This document shows, one piece after another, positions 14,596 to 30,534 of a stretch of DNA of 64,000 bases; position 1 is the stretch's first letter; every line of letters begins with the position of its first letter. The stretch is from NCBI GenBank assembly GCA_951406725.2, contig OX597823.1:73222001-73286000 (forward strand). Direction: 5' to 3'. The notes beneath the pieces are model-generated. The model was not told the origin of the DNA, did not search any database, and saw only the letters and a program-made list of their open reading frames with translations. Both the position numbers and the translations under genes were made by a program. The DNA is from Octopus vulgaris. Taxonomy: Eukaryota.

Positions 14596-15134
14596 TATAG
14601 ATAGAAAGAAAGAAAGAGTGAGAGGTATATAAATGATATTTGTCTCTGAATCAATCTATATGCGAAAGTGTGCGTGTCTGTTTAAATGTACGGAAGGGAA
14701 TATTTATGTACATGCATATACTGCTGTGTGTCTCTCTTCCTGTACATCTACGTATTCACGATCATGTGTAAATACATCTGCAGTTTTTCTCTTCTATCGA
14801 CATAAGAATCTCATATGGTATCTATGGAAACTTCTTGTCTGTTCATTTAAAGTTGTTGCTCATTAGCATTAGAAAATCTTGTACTAAAGTCCTAGATTAT
14901 ACTAAACCTCCTGAATAATGCAAGAAATAACATTACAACTGAGATTTACCATGTGTTCTGATTATGGAATCTGCTTACCTTATTTGACGACGTCATGACA
15001 AGTAGCTCTGGCGTATGCACTGGCAGGTTCGTACATATACGTAAGCATTTTCTTTCTCTCTATATATGTGTACGCGTTTGTTTGTGCGTATTTGTATTTG
15101 TGTGTGTGTATATATCAATATATATATATGCATA

Positions 15135-15189
<55 letters not shown>

Positions 15190-15206
15190 TTATGTATGTA
15201 TGTATA

Positions 15207-15242
<36 letters not shown>

Positions 15243-15261
15243 CATACACATACATATATAT

Positions 15262-15311
<50 letters not shown>

Positions 15312-15360
15312 TATACATCTTTCTGTTTTTATGTACAAATATAAAAATAAATAAATATAT

Positions 15361-15554
15361 AGGCGCAGAAGTGGCTGCGTGGTAAGAAGCTTGCCTTCTA
15401 GCCACATGGTTCCGGGTTCAATACCACTGCGAAGCAACTTGTGTCTTCTATTATACTCTCGAGCCGACCAAAGCATTGCGAGTGGATTTGGTAGACGGAA
15501 ACTGAAAGACATGCGTCGTATGTGTGTGATTGTGTGTGCGCGAGTGTGTGTGTT

Positions 15555-15587
<33 letters not shown>

Positions 15588-15680
15588 TTGTGTGTGTGTG
15601 CGTGTGTGTGTGTAGCCTAGCGGTTCGGCAAAACAGACCGATAGAATAAGTACTAGCCTTACAAAGAATAAATCCTGGGG
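15361..15680 (+). mobile_element. SINE family B
   Basis: Homologous to 11748-12150, with an internal (TG)n. Confidence 0.8.
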
Positions 15681-17107
15681 AAGATATATATATCATTCAA
15701 TGCACACTGTATCAAAATACGTACAGCAAGTAGAATATTGCCATGGAGACAATGTGATTAAACAGATTTATGTAACCAATCTCAGGTTCAGAACACATAG
15801 TGTGTGTCTTAATTAAACTAACCATATGCTCTGACCCTGGAGTTTGCTTGTAGACTCAAGACTCATTACATAAATCTGCCTATTTACAGTGTCTCTATTC
15901 CAGGAATCGATTAGTAGGTCTTATTTTAATATGGCGTACAATAAATGATATTTAGTTTTCACTGGAAGGTGTACCTGCATTGTCGATCCTACCTTAATGA
16001 AAGAGGAATATATGTATATGTGTATATATATATACAAGTAGTTTAAATGTCTGACAACCCAGCACAGTCCATTAGACGGGGGGGGGGGGCATTTTGCTCG
16101 TATACATACATATATGAAGAAGGAGATTAAAATCAAAATAAGCAGCAAGGATATCCAGAGGTAATGCACTACGATCGTTTCATGCATGAAACGATCGTAC
16201 TGCATTACCCCTGGATACCCTTCTATATATATATATATATATATATGTAAAAGTTAAAAAAATATATACAAACTGGGACAAGAATGTGAAACACCTAGAA
16301 GACGACACAAGAAACACAGGACGGGACATTTGAAGCCCTCAATCATCAGTCAAGAACCGGATCATCTTCGCAATTTCGGCTGATTAATCTTGAGATTGCT
16401 CCGATCTGGGCAGCCCCAAGGGAAATCTAAGGCAAGCGCATTAGATCCCTTGGAAGAAAGCCTCGAATATATACAACACAAGGACGGAAAACGGACGATG
16501 TACACGAATAAAAATACAAAAATACGTAAAAACAATAAAGAAAGCACGGATAAGAATACAAATACGTAAAAACAATAATGGTAAGGATAAAAACAAAACC
16601 AGGACGTCAGGACAAGGGTCTTTCGACAGGACGAGTTGAGTTTGGGGCTGGCTAGTGAAAGAGTGCCTTTAGGCCACAGGAGACAAACAAATACGTGTTG
16701 CTACAACGACTGCTGGATGCGAAAGGGCAAAGCAGCAGTCGCTGGCTGGTCACGTAGGGACAAAAGAGAGGAGAAAGGGACAGATGAGGAGAGAGAGAAG
16801 GGGAACAAGGGAGGAGAAGAAAGAGAGGGAAAGAGACAAATCGAGGGGAATATAAATATATACAAGAAGACACAACAATGATATATTAATATATTAAGAT
16901 TCGCCATCAATTAAAAACCAAAACAGAATTAATAAAAAAAAAGGTGCAAAATAGCACCAGCGATTGCTAAAAATAAGAGTAAAAGAATTAGTGAATTTTT
17001 TAAAAGCCACAAAAACACTAACCTCATGACATTTACGGGAGGTGAGCACAGCAAACTAAAAGGACCTTTTCCTATTGAGATTGACTCACAAGAAGAAATA
17101 GCTGGAT

Positions 17108-18506
<1,399 letters not shown>

Positions 18507-18604
18507 AGCTGGACAAGTCTTTATCATGTGATATCGAAATTTAACCAATGACGTCTTGTTTTTCTTGAAAAGCATCTACCTATTACTCAGGACTAAAGAG
18601 ATAG

Positions 18605-19132
18605 TACGAGGGGCGTTCAATAAGTAATGCCCCTGACCCACTTCCCATAGCAGTAGAGCAACGAAACTTGGCACAGTTATTAGTCTTTTTCTACATAGGA
18701 ACCACCCAGAGTTACCCATTTCTCCCATCGTTTGATGCAGCTCTGAAGACCGTTTCCACAGACCCGGTACTAATCTTGACCTCATGGGCTATTTCGCGAA
18801 TAGTTATGCGTCGATCTTCCAAAATGGCAGCCTCAACTTGACGGACAGATGCCTCATCAATGGCAGAAGGGAGCGACCAGATCTGGGAGCTGCTTCCACA
18901 GAGTTCCAACCATGTTTGAATTCACGATGCCAGCGTTTTACAAGGTCATATGATGGGGCATTATCACAATAAGTTACTTTCATTTCATCAAAAGTCTCCC
19001 GTGGTGTGCGTCCTTTCAAATACAAAAACCGGATAACTGCTCGACATTCAACAGACTCCATTTCACACTTGACTCAGTTCAAACACCTGTAAATCAGAAA
19101 CCATTCTTATTACTTATTGAACGCCCCTCGTA
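18605..19132 (-). mobile_element. Internally deleted mariner element
   Basis: Perfect TIRs TACGAGGGGCGTTCAATAAGTAA / TTACTTATTGAACGCCCCTCGTA with TA ends. N-terminal HTH MESVECRAVIRFLYLKG...VKRWHREFKHG and DRRITIREIA present; no catalytic domain. Confidence 0.92.
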
Positions 19133-19190
19133 GTTTGCTTCCTACTAGTAAATGAGAAAGGGAAACCGTTGACACACACACACACACATT

Positions 19191-19250
<60 letters not shown>

Positions 19251-19251
<1 letters not shown>

Positions 19252-20030
19252 TATTTCTAAGTCTCTCTAAAGGAGACTACGGCAGCGGTATTAGATATTA
19301 ATAGTTATCGCCAATCTAATATGGCATTCCATAAATATAGGACGAAAGCTGCCGTTGATTAGCTCCAAGAGCTCATCGCCACTAGCCAGCTATATGACAC
19401 ACGAACCTGCGTCCATTATAACCTTCGAACAGGGGAGGTCAGCCTCTTCCCCTTGTTGGTCAGGCACCTGCAGACGTGTTTCAGAGTATTTGCCCTTTAT
19501 CAATGCAGAGTAGCCGAACCCAGCAGGCTTCGCTACTGACCGTCTGTTCGAAGAATTATTTACCTAAATTCAGTGGAATACATCCACTGGTTTTCAAATA
19601 TAGAAATATTATTATTTCTAAGTCTCTCTAAAGGAAATTACGGCAGCGGTACTGGATTATTAATAGTTATCAAGTTATCGTCATTGATGCGGCAATTCGA
19701 CTATGTGCACTCCTCAGAGTATTGAGAGGCGATGTTCTGTCGTCAAAGTGTGGTAGCTTTTGGAAGCATGTACCAGACTTGGGAGTATGCTGGTTCTTCC
19801 GAGGTTTATTGACCTTGATGTTCTTTAGGCGCTGTTGTTTAGCTAAAGATGGTAGATAGCCTTTCAGGGTTAGATCTCTGAGGAACTGTTTGGTGTAGAC
19901 AGCTTTATCGGTCACGTTGACGCAATTGTTGTTTATACGTGCAATCTCGTTTCTCACGTGAGCGACTTTGGCTCTGGTAGGCAAGGCTGATTCGTAGTGG
20001 ACGAAAAGTTTTCTATTGGCGGCTTAACAG
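19251..20030 (-). mobile_element. Penelope-like element 3' portion, inverted relative to the adjacent copy, with a direct repeat (19251-19310 and 19611-19670)
   Basis: ORF 19670-19984 (RNEIARINNNCVNVTDKAVYTKQF) is homologous to 21846-22196 on the opposite strand. TTATTTCTAAGTCTCTCTAAAGGA..TACGGCAGCGGTA occurs twice. Confidence 0.8.
19468..19508 (-). ncRNA. Degenerate minimal hammerhead ribozyme motif in the Penelope-like terminal repeat
   Basis: Minus strand CTGCA-TTGATAA-AGGGCAAATACTCT-GAAA-CACGTC-TGCAG: 5-bp stem I, core with two changes from CTGANGA, GAAA, and a GTC triplet. Confidence 0.5.
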
Positions 20031-20039
20031 TAACTTAAC

Positions 20040-22168
20040 AGATTAAATTCTACAACTGACTCGACTAACAACCATTACTACCACTACCATCCTGACACCT
20101 ACACTAACACCAACAACATTATACACCACACTGACCAATAAAAATATAACAGCTTTAACACTTCAACCACCACCAACACGACAGCCATAACTATGACTGA
20201 CCAGCCATCGAACTCTATGCGCCCTACTAAAACCACTCACAGGCCCCCCACCACCACCACCCACCTAATACATCCATACCTACGACGTTCACTGCTGCTG
20301 CTGCTAACAACACACTGGTTACAGACATCACTGATGCCCTCACACAGACAGGCAAACAACTGCCAAGCCACGGACCTGGAGACTGAAACTGGAGATACAG
20401 TCCAACTTCTGTTGGACAGCTTACCAACTAAAATGGATTACGACCCTTAAACCCACTTTCCCTCACACACACGTCATCGCTGCCAATATCTTCCCCTCAC
20501 TATCGACATCATCGCCGATATTACCCTCACAATCATCTGCATCTTCTAGATCTTCTTCCCCATCACCAACTTTACCGTCTTCATCGGCGTCATCGTCATC
20601 ATCTACCCCTTTATCTCCCAACTCCTCCTCCTCCACCTCCCTTACATCTCCCTCATCATCATCTACCCCGTCTTCATCATCATCTCTTTCTTCTTCTTCT
20701 ACCTCTTCCCCCTACGCTACACTTAGATTCCCCGTCTACCACCTCGACAATCCACTCCACCCTCCCCCTCACAACCCCGTACTCAACACCAAACTAACTA
20801 GACTCAAGCAACCCATATTTAAGATATTAGATAAACGCCCTTCCCCATCATACAACCTTACTAAATCCTAATGGCTGTCCTTGCAAAACCTAAGAAACAA
20901 AAACCTCATCTACCTACCTCCAGAGAAAGAGAAAGAATCATGCATTATAAACAAACACACCTAAAACAATCTGGCTATCGAACACCTCAGGGACACCACA
21001 CTATACGAAACGGTTTACAACATCACACCTCACCAACTAGAGTCCACCATCAACACCAGCTAGACCAATATCTGTTACCAAACGAATCTCTCTAAGAAGA
21101 CTAGACTGAACTACACATCTAAAAACACCAAACTTCCCTCCTCCTACTATTTAATAAAACCCCACAAACCCAGACCTAAGCTTAAAATCAGATCCATAAT
21201 ATCAGGAATTAACGGTCCTTTCTATAGGATTTCCTGGCTCCTCTCAAAACTCCTCACGCCCTTACTACACGCATACCCCGGACACGTCAGCAGCTCCCAC
21301 GAAATCTTCACAAGACTAAAAGATATCGAGCCCCTCCATATTTAAAATTAACAAATACCCTTTTAGTTTAGACATAGTTTCCCTCTACACCTCTGTACTC
21401 GCTCTCCCGGCCGTTGATATCCTCGTCGACCACATCACACCCTTATCTCCCCCCCCCACATCTCCTTGCCCACCACCTCTCTCCTCATCTATCCCTCTCT
21501 CCTCTGCAACCTCCTCTTCCCCATCTTCCCCTTCATCTCCTCATACCTCCCCATTCATCAACCTCCAGCTCTTCGGACATACGAGAGTTACTAACTATTA
21601 TATTTGGTAACACCTATTTTCAATATAACGGTGTGATTTACAAACAGACTTCCGGCCTACCTATGGGATCTAGCTTTTCAGGCCGGCTAGCCATCACGCA
21701 CATGGATATAAGTTAGAACACACAGCACTCAACACCTGCCGCTCATGTATCTTCTTCTCCACGTACGTTGATGACATCCTTATCATCACGTCCTCTTAGG
21801 TAGTGTTATTAGCAAATAACACCGACGTAAACATCAAATTCAAAATTGAACATCCAGACGAATCCGGAACCCTCTCTACTCGAATTCCAACTCAAGATCA
21901 CAGAGGAAGGCTCTATATTTATCAAATTCTATAGAAAAGTCGCTAGCAAAAAGCTGTTCGTTCATTGCCTATCAGCCTTGCTCACCAGCCTTGCTTACCT
22001 GAGAAACGAGATTACACGTATAAATAATAATTGCATCAACGTGACCGACAAAGCTGTCTACACCAAACAGTTCCATAGAGATCTAACCCTGAATAGCTAC
22101 CTACCGCCTTTAGCTAAAGAACGGCGCATGAAGAACATCAAGGTAAATAAATCCCGGAAGAACCAGCA
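20040..22168 (+). mobile_element. Decayed Penelope-like retroelement reverse transcriptase
   Basis: Motifs YYLIKPHK, IRSIISGINGP, FSLDIVSLYTSV, YFQYNGVIYKQTSGLPMGS, YVDDIL and IKFYRK are characteristic of Penelope-like RT. Stops and frameshifts. Confidence 0.85.
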
Positions 22169-23715
22169 TTTTCAGTTGTATTTATTTATTAATTGATTAT
22201 AATGATATGTGTAAGTTATTGTATTTTAGCACATAATTTATCTCTGCATTTTAATATAATAATATACTAACCGGCTACCTTCCTCCGATAGAGTCCGGTA
22301 ACGTTTGTTTATCGTTTGTTTATTCTTCCACTAATAGCTTCGTCCATTCTTTTCTCGTTCGAACAATTACTTGTAAATTTGATATGTATATATCAGATAT
22401 ATTCATATAAAACACTATATCCGTATTCGTAAGTGCTTTTCTTCACCCATTCATTAGTAAGACTCTTTAGACTATTCATTCCTTAAATATTTTTATTTTT
22501 GTTTTTATTGATAGTTTTAACGTACCTGAGCAACGCCATAGCTTTCAAATATAAGCTGACCAATTAAGTTGTAAGATTAACTTTGATCTCACCTTACTAC
22601 CCGTAGGGGTATTGGGATTAGGTTTCTGTTAATAAGTAACGAGTAATAACATCGCACTACGGTTTTACCTCATTTTTCTTTCATTGATATACTTATGTAT
22701 TGAATTTCCCCAAACAGGTTCAACGTAAGTTAATTCTGCCAATTCATTTTATAATGCTCTATTATATAGCAGTCAGCCTCTAACTTTTGATTCCTGTGAC
22801 ATGGATCATACCATTAAACTCACCACACAACGTCTTACCCTCACTATCAGTATAATTGAAACACGATCTAAACCTCACAGCCTGCGGGAACTTCTCCTGG
22901 AGGTGACTTATGATAGCACCTTGAAATGAAGTTCTTACCATTCCTTACTATTTCTATTATATTATTTTTATTTTACTTTATTATTTTGACTTACTTCCCC
23001 ACATGTTAGTTTCCTAACATTTTGTTTCTCTGATGAAGCCCTGAGGCTCAACCATTGCCGAACCCTTGTCCAATGTTTGTTCATCCCTGTATATCACTGG
23101 CGTGATGTGGAAAACGTCGAAGATTTGGCAACCCCATGGTAGGAACAGCTGCTAGAGTTTAGTATTTGTACACTCATCTATTATTATTATTTGTTTGTTT
23201 TTGTTTATATATTTATATACTTATTTATTTGCTTATTCCATTCGTTTATTTGGATCACTTACAAATATGATTGTAATCAATTAATAAATATATATAATTG
23301 AACGTTTACAGGCTGATGTTTGTCGATTGTTTATCTTCTCTATTTTCTTATTTGCCTTATAAACCCGGGGTAAATTTCTGATTTACCCTCACCCATACCT
23401 TGTATTCAATTGCGATATTGCCCTGAAATAGTAAGCACTTGGATATATATATACGTCGGTATACATCTAGTAGTATATTGGATATTTAATATCCTTTAGA
23501 TGGTTATTTAACCTCTAATTCATACAGACATATATGGTCCTTCAACCCTATTATCAACCCTATTATCAACCCTATTATCTCCCCTTATTTCGCTCTCGCG
23601 TCTCATGTTTGATCTTTGACCTCTGGCCGAAATCAGATCGCCATGTTGATTCGTTAGCTACTGCACGCATTTTTTTTTCTCTCCTTCTTTCTGTGTTTTT
23701 TTTTCTCTCTGTGTA

Positions 23716-23753
23716 TCTTTCTGTTGAAGAGCGTAGGCTCGAAACGTTAAAGA
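23716..23753 (+). ncRNA. Degenerate minimal hammerhead ribozyme motif (Penelope-type)
   Basis: TCTTT-CTGTTGA-A-GAGC-GTAG-GCTC-GAAA-CGTT-AAAGA: stems I and II intact, palindromic ACGT stem III, one core mismatch. Confidence 0.55.
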
Positions 23754-23849
23754 CTTGTTTTATTTATATTTCCTGAGCGCCATACTAATACAATTGTTCG
23801 TTTGTTTTCCACCTGCCTTCGTCTTTTGTCTATTTTCATAAAGCTTCCC

Positions 23850-23887
<38 letters not shown>

Positions 23888-23891
23888 TATA

Positions 23892-24117
23892 CAGGGCGTT
23901 CAAAACGTCCGTCCGCAGTAAGTATTTAACGGTTTTCGGGCGATTCTTGTATACTGATCCTTTACTTGCTCCCCAGGCAAAAAAGTCTGGCAGTGTTAAA
24001 TCAGGTGATCGTGGTAGCCAAAGTCCCTTAAAAATAATCTGTTCATAGAAAAACTCTTGAAACAGTGGCATGGTAATGCGCAGCATGAAAAAATTCACTG
24101 CGTAGAGACTTTTTGAA

Positions 24118-24124
<7 letters not shown>
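23892..24124 (-). mobile_element. Short Tc1/mariner deletion derivative inside (TA)n
   Basis: TIR-like CAGGGCGTTCAAAA / TTTTGAATACCCT; WLPRSPDLTLPDFFAWG motif. Confidence 0.8.
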
Positions 24125-24185
<61 letters not shown>

Positions 24186-25044
24186 CCAGAACTGCTAGAA
24201 CATGAAACAAAATATTCTAATTTAGTTAATGTGATTTACGTTGTGAGCACAAATTCTGACGAGATCAATATTGTCTTTCATCATTCAGCGTTCGATAAAT
24301 TATAATACCAGTCACACAGTTCATCATGATCGACTATAACCCAACTTAATTTTGAGGCCTTGTGCCTTTGGAAGAAATCAATATTTGCTTTTCATACATT
24401 AAACCGATAATCAAGCAAGTTAGATCAATTAGAAATCTTGTTCGTGATCTTCCTATCTTTTTACATAACGATGCCAAATCTCTTGAAATTATTCAACAAA
24501 AATATCTTTTTATAAGGCAGAACAAGTTATTTCCCATTGATGCCCAATACCGAAAAAAAAGGGTTAATATTTAATAATTGGATTCCTAAAATTTTGTTTC
24601 TCGTTACTCAGGGCTAAAAACAACATTAGAATTATAATTACTTCAAATGTAAGCCCTACTCATGATGCGATTTGATACATTACTGCGAATCAAACGGCAA
24701 TTTCAAAAATTTCCTTAATTGTCTTTCATCTTCGTTTTCTTGTTCAGTGGTACGTGATTATTCTCTGAGCTTCAACTAAATACGAGCTGATTTTATCGAA
24801 TTATTGACTAAATATCCCAAGAGACTCCATATTGCTTCGGCTAAATAGGCACCAGAGTATTCTGGTTTTTCAGAATTTGTCAATATCTATTGGTAACTTT
24901 TCTCATCTAGATTGTTATCGCAACTATAAACCTCAATCATTCGTTCATTCCTGTTTTCGTTGTTATTCATCCTTAGTACCATCTCTGAGAGAGCAGTCTC
25001 ATGATGAGAGGAATGCTGTTTACATACATCAGCATTTTTTTTAA

Positions 25045-25397
25045 TATCAGGCACACTAAAGGGTAAAGAGCCCCTTCGGTCATGAATGACCACGGGAATT
25101 GCACCTAGAGATTTCCTTTTCCAAGCACAAGCCTGAGCAAAGTTATTTATGGACGAGCAGCAGTCACCTATGCATATCAGACTCCCCTCTCCACGCCACC
25201 GATGTTACTCATGACAAAAGCAAAGGCCAATACTGCCTGGCACCAGTGACGTCGCAATTCATTTCTACAGCTAAGTGAACTGGAGCAACGTGAACTAAAG
25301 TGTCTTGCTGAATAAAACAACACAGCAGTCTGGAAATCGAACTCACTACTCCATGATTGTAAGCCCGACACTCGAGCAACTGAGTCATGCACCTTCA
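25045..25397 (-). mobile_element. tRNA-derived SINE (another family)
   Basis: Minus strand begins with a tRNA-like head (TGACTCAGTTG...GAGTTCGATTTCC). Confidence 0.6.
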
Positions 25398-25429
25398 GGC
25401 ATTGTGCTGACCGAAATATTATCTAAACA

Positions 25430-26640
25430 TACACTTTGATGAATCCAAATCGGAATCTAATATTGACTAATATGAACCGGATGAAATCTTCAGGTATGCC
25501 TAGAAGTGGTAGTCAGGGACATTGATTGAACAGGTGGCGTTAATGTCAATATCAAGCTACTAACACACCTCCGATTCGCATATGACCTGTTCTCATATTG
25601 GAAAGTACGGCACAGCTGCAGAATGACCGTGCTGATGGAGTAGGACACCCATAGCGCAGCATTTGGCCTTAAGATGAACCACATGGAAAGAAAATACACG
25701 TAGTTCGAATAGATGTGGGAAGCAATGAAATCGAGGAAGTAAAGGAGTACGTCTATTTGGGACACCCAGTGAATATGCACCGAGATACGGATACTGAAAT
25801 CTTGAAAAGAACAAGCACAATATGGAAGGCATTTGAATCAATATAAATTGTGCTCAAAGCAATGTTGGACAGAAATATACATGCTAGACTCTTCAACAGA
25901 CCGTACTATTTGCGCTCTTATAGGCAAATGAGACATGGGTTATACAAAGAGAGAAAATTGATTGGCTGTAGCCAAAATGCTATTGAAAATTAATTCTGGG
26001 AATATCATTACACGAGCATTTTCGAAAAGAGATAATTTGAGAAGGTTGCAGTGTGTAGGATGTGTGTACAGAATACCGAAAACACAAGTTTTGGCTGGAC
26101 CAGACATGTCACAAGGTTTACAGAAACACGTGGGCCCGCACAGTTGCCCTGTGCTATGCGAGAGAAAGGAAAATATCGTTTGGAAATCCGTCTGGAACTC
26201 CAAATTCCGCACGCAAATCAAAATCTAGCTGTCCATTGCAAGTGTCGAATCATTGCCTTTTATATGACAGTGAAACGTGGACACTGACAAAGAAATTATC
26301 AAACGGACTAAATGGATGCTACGAATGGCTCTAAATGGGAAATGGCAGCAACGTATGACAAATGAATGTCTTTATGGAGACTTGTGGAAAGTTAGCGAGA
26401 AGATCAGGTAAAGACAGATGTGACTGTCTGGTTACAGCTTGCGCCACTCTGAGTTGGAAGTATCCAAATTAGTCTTGTGGAACCCACTTTATAGTGATGT
26501 GAGAAGAGGAAAAAGTTGCCACCCCTACATCGACCAGTTAATTGCAGATACTGGCCTAGAATGTATCCAGGACCTCGAGGCAGTGATGATGAACAGAGAA
26601 GTGTGGCAGGTAGACTTTGCTGCTGCGGCCCGGGTTGGAA
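25430..26640 (+). mobile_element. Decayed LINE RT and 3' fragments (RTE-like; probably two elements)
   Basis: GLKMN, EVKEYVYLG and LLYDSETWTLTK motifs. Confidence 0.65.
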
Positions 26641-27485
26641 CCCTGCCATAATAATAAATAATTTACTCACTCCCTGACTGCTTCCTAGTAATTAGCCCAC
26701 ATGATTCCTAGTCCTTAATCCTAGTAATTAATTAGGCAGTAATCCAAAAAGAATACCGAGACATCTACTGTCGTTTTCCATTTTGAATCTCGTCAGGTTT
26801 TTATTACACCTGTCGTTGATTAAAAGTGAAATTAGTATTTTCTTCCTTCTTTCCATGTATTGAAAGACTAAGGTCTTAGTACGGAAAATAATTTCGCAAT
26901 GCGACTACATCTTTACTATTTGTATTATATATCACTGCATATACTCATACCAAATTTCAAGTCTGATATAACTATTGCTAAAATATTGCAAGGAAGATAC
27001 AATAATAGTATATTGGCTCGTTGATTGGAATATAAATTTGATCAATTACTTTACACCAGTAATCTTCAGGATAAAATGTAACTGTTTTTGATTAATTTTC
27101 TGCACAGGTTACACATGAGAATAGAATATTTGTATCATTAATTCACTGTCTACGATAAGCGAAAAAGACCGAAAGAATTTGTATCTCTTGGTAAAAGGAA
27201 CGTGTATTGAATTTACGTTAGACTTCATGTCTTAGAAATAGCATATTTCGATGCCTTTAACCAAAAAGAGAAAATTCTTTCTTTTTTTAATTTACTCATC
27301 ACATTACACTGATGAAACCAGTAAAAATGGCAGATGGACGAAAAAAGAAATAAACAAAACACACGGGAAAACATTACTGTTTGGAAAACAGAATACAACT
27401 GATAAAATTTCTAAAAAATATAATAAACATAAAAAAAAATAACTTGAATAATGAAAGCTTCCTCTCCCATCTTTAATGGGAAATG

Positions 27486-27491
27486 TATATG

Positions 27492-27539
<48 letters not shown>

Positions 27540-27593
27540 CGCGCGTGTGTGTATGTATAATATATATATATATATACACACATATATATATAC

Positions 27594-27636
<43 letters not shown>

Positions 27637-27665
27637 TATATACATATATACATATACATATACAT

Positions 27666-27710
<45 letters not shown>

Positions 27711-27746
27711 CATATACATATACATATATATATACATACATATACG

Positions 27747-27812
<66 letters not shown>
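27486..27812. repeat. Compound (TG)n/(TA)n/(TACA)n microsatellite
   Basis: Direct reading. Similar tracts at 15120-15310, 30010-30530, 37800-37960 and 63360-63510. Confidence 0.95.
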
Positions 27813-27816
<4 letters not shown>

Positions 27817-28091
27817 CACATATGGCATTTAAAGTTTATGACAGTTGTTGCGGTGGAAATTGTCCAGATTGATGTATGACATCTCACCTGTTAGTAATCA
27901 TACCGGTTTAAAATTTTACCTGCAGATGTTGATTATACATTATGATGTAATCGATGCATACATAAATAAAGCATTATCGAGACATCAGAGAAATTGTACC
28001 TTAAATTTGAAACGACATTTGTGTTCTCTTTTTACAAGTACAGCACAACTGGAAACAACTCCAGACTTGGATCTACGGTTTAAATTAGATT

Positions 28092-28516
28092 CGGTATTTT
28101 TTTGTTATCTCAACCCCATTAAAAAAATTGGGTTATCTTCTCTAACAAAAAAAATTGTTTAACCCTCAATAAATCAAAACAAAAAATCAAAAATTTATAA
28201 ACATGAAAAGTGAAAAGATTAAACATCTTATTGAATTTGATAATCGTTTTATAACAAATCATACAAATCTGAAAAAATTAATAAACATGAAAACTGAAAA
28301 AAATAAGCATTTTATTGAATCTCACATTTTTATAACACATCATACCATATCTATTGAGGAGGCCAAATGTCAACAATGTGTTGGAGTATTGAATCAAAAG
28401 GATCTGACCCTTTTACTCCAATCTCTTGTCGTCACATAAACACAACATTTTAGGGGGAGATAACACAATTTTTAATGGCAATTTTTTAATGGGGGTGAGA
28501 TAACCGAAATGTACCT
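28092..28516. mobile_element. MITE-like element with about 38-bp imperfect TIRs and an internal duplicated segment (period about 85 bp)
   Basis: GGTATTTTTTTGTTATCTCAACCCCATTAAAAAAATTG versus CAATTTTTTAATGGGGGTGAGATAACCGAAATGTACC. Confidence 0.6.
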
Positions 28517-29575
28517 TGGATTTGGAACAACAGTATCCAGCCAACACTTGATATCTTCATAGTTGTTTAGGTCACTCAGAACTCTCTGTCATCGTCCCTA
28601 CTCTGAACTAATGTGCTATGCATTCATGGACCTAGATTTATGCGTTCTTCGGCCTAGACTTTATACATTGATGGGCCTAGTGTACGTTGATGTTATTACT
28701 GTGACTATTATTATCATCCCTATCACTACTACTACCATTACTATTCTTATTATTAGTAGTTTTATTGTTAATAAAGGGCTATTCTATTATATAATTTGAT
28801 AATTCAATTTAATTTATGAATATCGATAATTTTGTTCCCTTATTTTCCTTTAATATTAATTTTATTTATTTAGGAGTTTATATTTATTCAGCTACTCTAC
28901 TTACTATTGTTTACTTGATTTTTGTATTACGCATCATTCAATCACTTAAACCGATTAAATGTATGTTTAGACTAATGAACACATCGTGACGCACACTCGC
29001 GTCTATGGTTTATTAATTTGTCTTTTGATGTAAGAATTCGACAAATTTCTTCAACACACAGTTCCTACCATTTGCTTTCTCTACTATATGGTTTAGCTCT
29101 ACTAATTATTTTCCAGGTAATTTCACATTCCTTATCATTATCTTTTATTGGCCATAATAGTAACAACAATAACATCACCATGCGCTAAGAAACCTAATAG
29201 AAAATATACTATCATTCACTACTCAAAGGATAAAACACATTTGCTTACTACTGACTCATTCTTGGACAGTTAGTCACTTGTTATTATAAGCAGCAGAGTT
29301 GAAAAGTTCAGAATTTAGGTTATTTTTAGAATACTAAAAATACGTGTATGAAGCATTTTGGTTGTACATGTATTTAGTGCAAATGGGATCTGAAACGCTG
29401 TTCATAGCAACCCGAAGAAGCAACAATTATCACCAAAACGCACACCAAGATGCAAAATTTTGCAGTGTGCACAACATTGCAACAGAATCATATGTAGGCG
29501 CAAAAATGGAATGGCGTGATTGACTGCAAAATAAAACAAGATGATAAATCTCTTTTCTTCTTCTTCTTAAAATAT

Positions 29576-29739
29576 AGGCACAGGAGTGGCTGTGTGGTAA
29601 GCAGCTTGCTTACCAACCACATGGTTCCGGGCTCAGTTTCACTGCGTGCCATCTTGGGCAAGTGTCTTCTACTATAGCCTCGGGCCGACCAAAACCTTGT
29701 GTGTGGATTTGGTGGACGGAAACTGAAAGAAGCCCGTCG

Positions 29740-29800
<61 letters not shown>

Positions 29801-30008
29801 GCGTGTGTTTGTGTGTATGTCGCCACCAACATCGCTTGACAACCGATGCTGGTGTGTTTCTGACCCCGTAACTTAGCGGTTCGGCAAAAGATACCGACAG
29901 AATAAGTATTGGGCTTACAAAAAAGTCCTCAGATCGATTTGCTCGACTAAATGCGATGCTCCAGCATGGGCGCAGTCAAATAACTGAAACAAGTAAAAGA
30001 GTAAAAGA

Positions 30009-30010
<2 letters not shown>
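29576..30010 (+). mobile_element. SINE family B, near full length
   Basis: Homologous to 11748-12150. Confidence 0.85.
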
Positions 30011-30048
<38 letters not shown>

Positions 30049-30060
30049 TTACACACACAC

Positions 30061-30097
<37 letters not shown>

Positions 30098-30372
30098 GAC
30101 ATATATATATAGACATATTTACATATATAGACATATATATATATATACATATATATACATAAATATATACATATATATATTATATTAAATTAGAGATAAA
30201 ACCACTATTAGGCATATCAAACAATGAAAAACATAAGCCAATACATAAAATTAATTTAATTTATATTATCTTAAATATATACCAAAAGTATTAAAAGTTT
30301 ACTAAAAGATATATATATATACATATATATATATATACATACATATATATACATATATACATATATATATAC

Positions 30373-30407
<35 letters not shown>

Positions 30408-30422
30408 CATACATATATATAC

Positions 30423-30534
<112 letters not shown>

